DNA from: Octopus sinensis
Taxonomy: Eukaryota
Assembly (NCBI RefSeq): GCF_006345805.1
Contig: NC_043006.1
Coordinates: 31,868,001 to 31,932,000, forward strand
Direction of reading: 5' to 3'
Length of the DNA: 64,000 nt
The position numbers and the translations under genes were made by a program. Under the pieces are notes generated by a model. That model saw nothing but the letters and a program-made list of their open reading frames with translations. It was not told where the DNA came from and did not search any database. Below, one piece after another: positions 30,301 through 40,358 of this stretch; positions within the stretch are counted from its first letter, which is position 1; each line of letters starts with the position of its first letter.

Positions 30301-31908
30301 CATCATCATCATCATCGTTTAACGTCCGTTCTCCATGCTAGCATGGGTTGGACGGTTCGACCGGGGATCTGGGAAGCCAGAAGGCTGCACCAGGCTCCAG
30401 TCTTATCTGGCAATGTTTCTACAGCTGGATGCCCTTCCTAACGCCAACCACTCCGTGAGTGTAGTGGGTGCTTTTTACGTGCGACCTGCACAGGTGCCAG
30501 GCGAGGCTGGCAACGGCCACGGTCGGATTGGTGTATTTTACGTGCCACCGGCACGGAAGCCAGTCGAGGCGGCGCTGACATCGGCCACGAGTCGGATAGT
30601 GCTTTTTACGTACCACCAGACCAGGTGTCCTGGCTGGTTCAATTCGATTTCGCTTGCCCCAACATGTCTTCGCAAGCAAAGGGGGTTGGCATGGGTGCCT
30701 GTCGTCGGATGAGGTTCTATATCGATTTCGCTTGCCTCAACAGGTCTTTGTGTCCAAGGGAGGAAAGGCATGCATAAGTGGGCTGGGCTCACTTGTCCTG
30801 CCTGGTCTTCTCACGTACAGCATATTTCCAAAGGTCTCGGTCGCTGGTCATTTCCTCAGTGAGGCCTAAAGTTCGAAGGTCGTGCTTCACCACCTCGTCC
30901 CAGGTTTTCCTGGGTCTACCTCTTCCACGGGTTCCCTCAACTGCTAGGGATTGGCACTTTCTCACACACCTATCTTCATCCATTCTCGCCACATGACCAT
31001 ACCAGCGCAATCGTCTCTCTTGCACACCACAACTGATGCTTCTTAGGTACATTTCTCTCAAGGTACTAACGCTCTGTCGAGTATGTACTGACATTACACA
31101 TCCATCGGAGCATACTGGCTTCATTCCTCGCGAGCTTACGCATGTCCTCAGCAGTCACGGCCCATGTTTCACTGCCATGTAGCATGGCTGTTCGTACACA
31201 TGCATCATACAGTCTGCCTTTTACTCTTAGCGAGAGGCCTTTAGTCATCAGCAGAGGTAAGAGCTCCCTAAACTTTGCCCAGGCTATTCTTATTCTAGCA
31301 GTTACACTTTCAGCGCACCCACCCCCACTACTGACTTGGTCACCTAGATAACGGAAGCTATCAACTACTTCTAGTTTTTCCCCCTGGTAAGTGACGGAAG
31401 TTGTTTTCTGCAGATTTTCGGAGGTTAATGCTCCCGAGCATCTGCCACATACGAAAACTATCTTCCCAGTTAGCCTACCTTTGACATTGCTGCACCTCTT
31501 ATGTGTCCATAGCTTACATGGTACATCTTATAGAGTTTCTACCTACACCTTTTCTACAGATCGAGCAGGGCCATCTTCCTGAAGACATTTGTGGATTGTC
31601 TACCTTCCTACTTATTAGTACTTTGGTTTTAGCTAGGTTGACTCTAAGGCCCCTCGATTCTAAACCCTCCTTCCACACCTGGAACTTCTCCTCCAGTTCT
31701 GATAGTGACTCAGCAATTAGAGCAAGGTCGTCAGCATAGAGGAGCTCCCAGGGGCAACCTGTCTTGAATTCCTCCGTAATTGCCTGGAGGACTATGATAA
31801 ATAGGAGGGGGCTGAGTACTGAACCCTGGTGGACCCCAACCTCTACTTTGAATTCTTCTGTGTACATGTTGCCAACCCTAACCTTACTTACGGCATCTCT
31901 GTACATGG
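30301..31908 (-). mobile_element. RTE-clade LINE, 5'-truncated, young
   Basis: VGVHQGSVLSPLLF, LLYADDL, GLRVNLAKTK, FRYLG, MLHGSETW, RRLRWYGHVARM, RGRGRPRKTW, (GAT)n tail. (TA)n on both flanks. Confidence 0.95.
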
Positions 31909-32540
31909 CTATATATATATTATATATATATACATACATACAAAGAGAGAGAGAGATGAAATAGCATGAATGGAACAAGGGGAATAAGAGATGGACAGTT
32001 GGACAATGTGAGAAATTACAACAGATAGACAAAAATTCAAAAAGTAATGGGAAAATGTAAACACACAAATCAAAGTAAATTGTTTGCTTAATAAAAAATA
32101 ATTAAAAAAAAACAGAGAATAAGTCGGCTGGCGTTGTGGGTCAACTTTTTATCAAAGTAGAATAAAAAACAAAATGAGAAAAGAAATGATACTTGTGTGA
32201 AGCGTGACTTTCTGCTATGTACTGATATATACATTATATCATCATCATCATTTAATGTCCACTTTTCATACCGGCATGGGTTGGACGGGTTTTCCTGTTG
32301 TCACCGAACCATTTAAGCTGATTGTTTTCTTTATTTACATGAATTGTGTTGTTTTAGGTTTACTTATTGTCATAGATGTACTTAGTACTGTCTATTAGCT
32401 ATCGTAATATAGTTTTACATACTAATAAAGAAGTTTTAGGCATCTTATCTTTGGTTTCTAAATGCACCGATTAATTTCAATCTCAACAGAAAGCTTTGAT
32501 CTTTTTGGTAACACAAACCAAAACACTGTCCTCCCCAAAA

Positions 32541-32797
32541 GGATTAAGACATGTAGGAGACACAGGAAAGGATTAAGACATGTATGAGACAAAGGAAAGG
32601 CTTGACATGTAGGAGACACAGGAAGGGATTAAGACATGTATAAGACAAAGGAAAGGCTTAAGACATGTAGGAGACACAGGAAAGGATTAAGACGTGTAAA
32701 TGACACAGGAAAGGATTAAGACATGTAGGAGACAAAGGAAAGGCTTGACATGTAGGAGACACAGGAACGGATTAAGACATGTAGAAGACACAGGAAA
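32541..32797. repeat. Minisatellite, 9 x 27-29 bp (GGATTAAGACATGTAGGAGACACAGGAAA)
   Basis: Direct reading. About 740 bp downstream of the PSME3 stop. Confidence 0.92.
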
Positions 32798-33535
32798 AGC
32801 ATCCAGTCATAGAGAAAGCATGACACCACAGATTCATGATTTTTGTTTGTTCTTTTATACAGTTCAGGTCTTAGGCTGTGGCTGGAGGTGGACAAATGTC
32901 CATTGCAAGTGGCCATTCATTGTTGTTCAGTCCATTGAGCATGGAAAACAGACAATAGATTATGATGAGATTAAACACACACAAGAATGAAAACGAAAAA
33001 GACAAGTTATAAAATGAGAAGGAAAAAAAAATGAAAAATTGGCAGCTTTATTCTTAGATATGAAACAGAAGCATGCAAGTTGGCATTAATTGCTGCTCCC
33101 TTTTTCCTGATCCCTTGTTGCCCAAACTCATTCTGGGCAAACTAGCGACATTGGAGATACCAAGTGAGCTGATATTTGAAGAAGAATGTCAAAAAATGAG
33201 ATAAAAGAAAACAAAATTGGGGGGGGAAAATATGGAGGTTTGACCAATTCCTTAAGTTTTTAATGTTTTATGATATTTAGGTTGTGTTTTTTGGTATGGA
33301 CTATTGTTTTAATTTGATTAAACTGATGTCATTATTTCTTTTTTTTTTTAATGGCCTTAAATATTTGTTTTTTGAGAAAAAAAATGTCTTAAAAATAGTT
33401 GAAATAAAATTTTAAAAAAAGGTAACTAAACCCGGAATGTAGATATTTCTTATCTCAGTTTTTTGACTTTTTCTTTTTTCATTTTTGCTTTTTTTTTTGT
33501 AAATATTTTGTTTAAGACTGTGAACATATGAAGTT

Positions 33536-33616
33536 TTAATAGAGATTCTCTGCATTGGCTGAACGTGGTTTCTTGATTTTCTCAATATTCTTCATGACAA
33601 CATCGTGTAAAGATGC
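33536..33616 (-). CDS. PSME3: PSME3 coding exon 9 (ASLHDVVMKNIEKIKKPRSANAENLY*)
   Basis: TTTGCAG acceptor, 81 nt ending in TAA. C-terminus matches human LHDMILKNIEKIKRPRSSNAETLY. Total CDS 729 nt = 242 aa + stop. Confidence 0.98.
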   Translation of the reverse strand, partial: ASLHDVVMKNIEKIKKPRSANAENLY

Positions 33617-34283
33617 CTGCAAATAAAGGGAGACAACAACAATAGTTTAACATTACAACATTACATAATTTATGCGCCAACACCACCACTCCTATATGAT
33701 CCATCAACTAAATCTCCCTCAATTCACACCCTTAGATAAAAGTTAAGCAACTAGGTCTCTCTCTCTCTCTACCATCTTGGCATTTTGAACTAATTATATC
33801 GGCCTATTAAGCATCACTAGATTGCAGAAGTTGGTGTGGTTAGCCTTCTCTGTCACTGGCTCATTCATAATTCCAAACAACCAATCAATGCCAATGACAG
33901 CTTTTTGTACACCAACAGTTTACAGCTTTTGGCTGTTGATGAAAATCTAAATCAAGAAGAAAAAATAAAATGCAACACAATAAACTTGTTCCAACCATGC
34001 CAACACTGAAAACAAACATGGAAAGCGATGATAAAGGGTGATGATTTATCATTATTTTGTTATTTCATTTTGTTAATTTGTTCCTGTTTAGAAAACAATC
34101 TACAAAACAAAATTCCTTGTGCTATTGAGAAATCTAATAATTTAATTAAACTCATAAGGTGTGCTAATCAATGTTAAGCCCAGCTGTCAACAAAATCAGA
34201 ACAGGGACTGTCAGGAAGATTACAAATGGACTGAATCTGTGATAAACCAAAGCGACCAAGTGTAACCTAACCACAACCTATCA

Positions 34284-34441
34284 CAGTGGTTCCCAACCCA
34301 TTTATTTAAATGAGTTTTCCATACAGATCCCTTCTAATATGCTTATCCTTGTGTATATATTTATATGTGAAATTTTGAATTTAGTTCACAGACCACCACT
34401 CCCCTGCCAGGGGTCCACAGGCCCCAGGTTGGGAATCACTG
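34284..34441. mobile_element. hAT (Charlie-like) MITE
   Basis: CAGTGGTTCCCAACC...GGTTGGGAATCACTG TIRs, 8-bp TSD ACCTATCA/GCCTATCA. Related copy at 51527-51691. Confidence 0.85.
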
Positions 34442-34474
34442 GCCTATCATTTTAAAATAAAAGGGACATTAAAT

Positions 34475-34730
34475 CAGTGATTCTCAAACAGCATTCATGT
34501 GACTCTTGGGGACTCATGTAAGATTTTGTTGTTAAAATTTACCGGCAATAATTTGGTTATAATTCTATAATGCACAAAATAGTTTAACAATTTTTTTTAA
34601 TACAGTTCCTTATAATATTTGATTATAAAAACATAATGGGATTTTTTAAACATCGAACGGCTGTGAGGGTCCAGTTGAGTACAGTAGGAATCAAAGGGGT
34701 CCACAGGCAAAAAAGGGTTGAGAAACACTG
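34475..34730. mobile_element. hAT MITE
   Basis: CAGTGATTCTCAA...TTGAGAAACACTG TIRs. Degenerate TSD CATTAAAT/CATTCGAT. Confidence 0.75.
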
Positions 34731-36059
34731 CATTCGATAAGCGTTGTCCTTGATAGACAGTCTGAAAAACTGAAGGGACTGTCATGACTGGAATGTCTTT
34801 GATTTTGTGGGTATGTACCATCAGAGCAGGACTAACAAAACAACTGACCACTGCGCCAATCCTTGTTATTCTAATTCCAAACATTGAAACACTGATAGAT
34901 GGCTGAATATGACCGTTTTACAAGATTCAACCAGTGGAGTATGATCATCAAAGGGAGCAGAAGATGTCAGAGGAGAAAGAGCCTGACAACTTCTTTGCAA
35001 ATCTCTGAGAGTGACAGAAGGGAGGAAGAAGGAAGAAAGAGACTGGCAATGATGACAGATTAAACAACAGAGGTTGTCTACCACAAAACTAGTAATACAG
35101 TCGTATCTAACCAACTCATCACAATCCGATGCTATGGAAGAAGAAACTGTTTCATGGCCAGTATCAGACAAGATTTAAGAAAACAGGAACGGATTGAATT
35201 TCCACAATTTCTACTTCACAGAGAAACTTCACATCATCTACCATCAGTTCCTAAATGCTTTAACTAATAAGTACGAGTCTAAAAATAAAAACAATTCTCT
35301 AATTTTGATGTGTTGATGTAGAACTAAATTCTAAGAGTCCCCGATATTCTTAATATATATAAACTTGAAAACTGGGGAAAAAAGACTAAAGAAAGAGATG
35401 AGAAGAGAATTATACCAGGTTGCCGAAAGAGAAGTTAGGCAATAGGTGGACTTATCAATGGAAAGAAACTGAACATGAGAGGTTTGCCGATGTTATAAAG
35501 CATAAGGAGCAGAAGCAAGAGGAGTTGTGGATTGCAGGTCTGCCAGAGAATCATGAAGTGGGTGAGATTTGTAAATGGCTGGACAATGGTGCACTTGCAC
35601 TTAGTGGTTCTGTAAAGAAAAAGATATGGAAGGAGCTACAATGAAAGGTTATTAAATGTAGAGAATAAACGAAAGAAAGAGGACCTTCCCAATGTGCACC
35701 CAACAGAGGGACAAGCTACACTAGTCAACAGTACTATGATAGAGCAATTAAGGATATGAAAGCAGGAAAGCCCTAGGTGCATCAGGAGTTGAGAGCCAAG
35801 TTGCTTAAAATATTGGCAGAATTAAGAACAGCTTAGTCAGCCAGGTTGAACAGGGACAAACCTAATGCCTGGCAGAACAGCACTGTAGTCAAGTGTTACA
35901 AGGACAAAGAAAATGCCTTAGAAAGAGGAAATTTACAGGGCTATCAAATTATTGGACCAGATTTTGTTCATGACAGATGTGCATAAAGCAATAAATTAAC
36001 AAGAGTACATGGGAAAAGATGCCTTCAAATGCCCAACATTACAACAATCTGCATGGATC

Positions 36060-36692
36060 TTTTACTTGTTCCAGTCACTAGACTATAGCCATGCTGGAAC
36101 ACCTCTTTCAAGAATTTCAGTTCAATAAATCAACCCCAGTGCTTTTTTTACCTTTTTCTAAGCTTGGTACATATTCTGCCAGTCTCTTTCACCACCAAAC
36201 TGCTAGGTTACGAAGATGTAAACACAACACCAGTTGTCAGCAGTGGTGAGAGACAGACACACACACACACACACACACAGAGGCTTCTACCGGTTTCTGT
36301 TGACAAAATCCATTCACAAGGCTTTATTCTGTTATTATGTTACTTGTTTCAGTCATTTGACTGCAGCCATGCTGGAGCACCACCTTAAAGAGTTTTTAGT
36401 TGCAGACATCAACCTGACTTACTCTTTGTAAGCCTAAGACTTATTCTATCAGATCCTTTGCCAAACCCCTAAGTTATGGGAACATAAACACACCAACATC
36501 AGTTGTCAAGTGATGGCTTGGGGACAAACAGACACGAACACACACACGCACCAGGCTTTTTCAGTTTATCAACCAAACCCACTCAGAAGGCTTTGGTGAG
36601 CCTGAGCCCGTAGAATAAAACATTTACCAAGGTGTCACGCAGTGGGACTGAACCCAGAACCATGTGATTGGGAAGCAAGCTTCTTAACACAC
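36060..36692 (-). mobile_element. Two tandem SINE family A copies abutting the PSME3 exon 8 donor
   Basis: Two tails (36060, 36340) and one head ending about 12 bp from the donor site. CpGs decayed. Confidence 0.85.
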
Positions 36693-36704
36693 ACAAGTAC
36701 TTAC

Positions 36705-36791
36705 ATAGTGGTTTCTGAGTTCACAGGTCATGAGACGCAAGCTGATGTACTCCTTCTCATCTAGCTCTCGTACTGATTGCCGGTAATCATC
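36705..36791 (-). CDS. PSME3: PSME3 coding exon 8 (DDYRQSVRELDEKEYISLRLMTCELRNHY)
   Basis: TTTTCCAG acceptor, GTAAGT donor, 87 nt. DYR...DEKEYISLRL...ELRN motif. Confidence 0.98.
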
Positions 36792-36895
36792 CTGGAAAAG
36801 AATAGCATCTTGATTGAAGCAAACAAACTTATTTTTGTAAAAAACTACAACCAATAACTGACAGGGGGAAAATACCTAAATGTATTTATCATATA

Positions 36896-37806
36896 CAGGG
36901 TGTTCAAAAAGTCTCTCTGCAGTGAAATTTTTCATCCAAGATTTATTTCAAAACATGTTAGAAAGAGTCAGCTTGGGTATTGAAAACGAAGGCCGACCAC
37001 CTCTTATAAAGTTTTTTGGGGGCTAATGCAGTTTCACACCTCTCCTTGAAAAATGCATTTTTTTGAAAATATTTTTTCAGATTCCTATATTTTAGATGTT
37101 GAAGATTACAAATACGCAAAAATAATAAAATTACCCCTCCCTCCACAATCACTCCCCCATCCATTTAAAATTTTGAACTTTTTATCCCTTTGTTTTAGAT
37201 GACAGAGATTCTGGATATGCAAAAAACACATGTTTTCAAGATTTTAAATTCAATAAGCATATAGATAGAGATAGATAGATATGTCTTCCAAGGGCTAAAA
37301 ACAACAGTAACACCATCTTCTATAGGACTGCCACATTTAGTTGACATATATTACGGACAGGGATAAATAGATAGACAGATACATAAATGGTTGAAAAAGT
37401 TCAAAATTTTTAATTGGGGAGGGGTGAAATTTGAGCCCCTTGTTAAACTTTATAACATTAATTATTAAAATATTAATGTTCGTTTCTCATAAAATGGCTC
37501 ACATGGGAATGTGGTGTATATTTCATTTGTTACAATCTCTTTAAAGTAAACAAAATCAAAAATTTTAATGGGAGGGGGTAAAATTAAAAAAAAATTTTTT
37601 TGCATATTTGTAATCACTGACATCTAAAACGTAGAAATCAAAAAAATTTTTTCAAAAAGATGCATTTTTCAAGGAGAGGTGTGAAACTGAATTAGCCCCA
37701 GTTTTTTAAAGTCTTGTAAAGTCTAATATATTCTTTTGTAGTCTTATACCTTCATATAAATATTATTTTGCAATAAAATACTGCAGAGAGACTTTTGAAC
37801 ACTCCG
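36896..37806. mobile_element. Tc1/mariner MITE (outer element)
   Basis: TA|CAGGGTGTTCAAAAAGTCTCTCTGCAGT ... ACTGCAGAGAGACTTTTGAACACTCCG|TA. Confidence 0.88.
37018..37699. mobile_element. Long-TIR foldback element nested in the MITE
   Basis: About 150-bp TIRs starting GGGGCTAAT.CAGTTTCACACCTCTCCTTGAAAAATGCAT. 8-bp TSD AGTTTTTT at 37010-37017 and 37700-37707. Confidence 0.88.
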
Positions 37807-38139
37807 TATTTAAAGCATATCTATTGAATATAACAGATTTTTACTCAACCAGTCAGTTATTCGTGTTATCAGTGAATGCTTTCACTATTTTCCTTATTTT
37901 CCTACATACTGGAAATGATAAATCTCATCTTCACATGCAGTTAGCTGCGTTGTAACAAGAATATCAATTATAGGTTCTCAAAGTGGGCACTAGTGTCTCC
38001 CCACTCCACCCCGGTGGCCGTTGAGACGGTCCAGGTGGGCACTGGTGCCTAAAGGAGCAGTACAGAAAAAGGTGTTGGGAGGAAGGCAGTGGATTGGGGG
38101 ATGCTATGAATTTATTATAATATTATTATAGTATTTACT

Positions 38140-38470
38140 CTTTTACTGGTTTCAGTCATTTGACTGCAGCCATACTGAAGTACTGCCTTTAGTTGAATGA
38201 ATTGACCCCTGTACTTATTCTATCGGTATCTTTTGCCGAACCGCTAAGTTACGGGGACGTAAACACACAAACATCGGTTGTCAAGCGATGATGGGGGGAC
38301 AAACACACATATATATATGACAGGCTTCTTTCAGTTTCTGCCTACCAAATTCACTCACAAGGCTTTGGTCGGCCCAAGGCTATAGTAGAAGAGACTTGCC
38401 CAAGATGCCACGCAGTGGGACTGAACCCGAAATCATGTGATTGGGAAGCAATCCTCTTGCCACACAGCCT
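38140..38470 (-). mobile_element. SINE family A
   Basis: Tail, body and head motifs. Confidence 0.88.
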
Positions 38471-38755
38471 CTATACAAATTATATAATATTATATTAAAT
38501 ATCAAATGATTCATAGTATATATAAATTAGTAAAATATAAAATATTTATTTACACATAAAAATAAGGGTGGGGCTACTGAGGGTATATTGTGGGCATGGA
38601 GGTGGGGGTGCAGTGGCCTGAAAAGTTTGAAAAACTCCGATATAAATCAACAAAGAAAAAAATTCGTTCTACTTCTAAGACATTTCATGCAATGAGTGGT
38701 TTTTTTTTTTATTTCTGCTGAATTCTTGTACAAAATTATGGTAGATTATACTTAC

Positions 38756-38878
38756 TATGTGAGGATACTTAGCAACTTTTGACACCAATTTCGCTCGAGT
38801 TACAAAATAGCGTGAAATCATTTCCAGGTAAGAAGCAGATTCTGTTTCAACTTGTCTCGCCTCAGCCAAAGTATCTTC
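38756..38878 (-). CDS. PSME3: PSME3 coding exon 7 (EDTLAEARQVETESASYLEMISRYFVTRAKLVSKVAKYPHI)
   Basis: TTTCAG acceptor, GTAAGT donor, 123 nt. RAKLVSKxAKYPH motif. Confidence 0.98.
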
Positions 38879-39304
38879 CTGAAAGTGTTTTAAACAAGAA
38901 TTAATTATTTCGTAACTCTCGACAGAAATAAATTAGACCACGGGAAATGAAATGTGTGTGTGTGTGAAAATGAATTTATAAAGAAAAATTACCCAATAGA
39001 TGTAGTAGACTTCATTCATTTCTTCAAAGTCAAAGCCTTCCCCACCCTCCATCATGTTTCATTTCAGTGTTACCAGACTCCTTAACATAAAAGCATTTCA
39101 GAACCATAAAGAACTGTTTGGTCACCTGTGAGAAATATCCCACCATTTTAAAAATGGAAGGGGCATATCCAAGATTATATAATCTAGATACACTACCCTT
39201 AAACAGAGATGGGATGGTCATGGATTGACTGTCTTTGGTTATAGGTTTGCTCAATTACAGTTGATTTGTTTTCTATCAAAGACAAAGCAAATGAGGTGCC
39301 AACC

Positions 39305-39626
39305 ACTCTGGCGTTCTGTTGGTTACAATGATGAGGGTTCCAGTTGATCCCAGCAAAGGAACAGCCTGTTCATGATATTAACATGCAAGTGGCTGAGCAC
39401 TCCACAGACACACATGCTCTTAACCTAGTTCTCAGTGTTATTCAGCTTCACACTGAACGTGACAAGGCTGGCCCTTTGAAATACTACTCACTGTTGCCAG
39501 ATGGGCTGACTGGAGCAACAAGAAATGAACTGCCTTGCTTAAGAGCACAAGGCACCATCAGGAATCGAACTCACAACCTTACAGTCGTAGGCCAAATACC
39601 CCAAATCACTAAGCCAAGTACCTTCA
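39305..39626 (-). mobile_element. tRNA-headed SINE (family C-related)
   Basis: TGGCTTAGTG A box, GAGTTCGATTCC B box, TTGCTCCAGTC motif. Confidence 0.65.
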
Positions 39627-40004
39627 CTGCCCAAACATAAGAATTCTTCTTAATGATTCCTAAGATAAATTTATGGTAAAAAAACAAAAGATAATCTTAT
39701 TATAGATAGAGATGCTTTGTAATCTCCCTTGTAGACATTAGCAAATTATGAAGGGGCATTTTTGTATTTCCCCTTATCTGCACTAATGTTACTTTATAAT
39801 TATTTATAATCTTGCTTATTTTCAATTGTATTGATTTTCACAAACATTCTTTTAATTTGATGAATTTTTTAACTGTATTTTGATTAAACTACGGTTTTGT
39901 TTCTACACAAAATTTCTTAGTAGCTATTAGTAGTTAACACATTGATTTGATGTAATCCTACAAAATACATTATTTTACATAAATTATTTTAATGCCATAT
40001 GCCC

Positions 40005-40200
40005 GTGGGCATATGGCGTAGTGGTTAAGAGCACAGGCTACTAACCCCAAGATTCCAAGTTCGATTCCAGGCAGTAACCTCTGAATAATAATGATAACAA
40101 CATTGAAAAATACCTTAGGAATGAAAACCTAGGTTCGAAATTTCCCCAAGACACCTGATGAAGATGAGGACAAATATCCGTCAAATGTAAATAATGTAAA
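40005..40200 (+). mobile_element. tRNA-headed short element / tRNA pseudogene
   Basis: TGGCGTAGTGGTTAAG A box and AGTTCGATTCC B box. Acceptor stem not intact. Followed by a unique tail. Confidence 0.6.
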
Positions 40201-40358
40201 TTATTTCAAATTATAATATTTATTCATATGCAAATTTTATAGATCTCTCTTTCAAAGAAAAAGCTAAATTTTCACCTGAAAAATTTTGAAATTTCACAAA
40301 TTTATAAAGATTCGTTCATATTTAAAAACCTTAAAATTATCCCTTCTTAGTTCCACAT

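Noticed and set aside
32541-32797. 29-bp repeat as a CRISPR array or p53 response array (GACATGT cores)
   Set aside because: No spacers. Half-sites deviate from RRRCWWGYYY and are not paired at canonical spacing.
40005-40080. Functional tRNA gene
   Set aside because: A and B boxes are present, but the acceptor stem does not pair cleanly and there is no T-run terminator. Treated as a SINE head or pseudogene.
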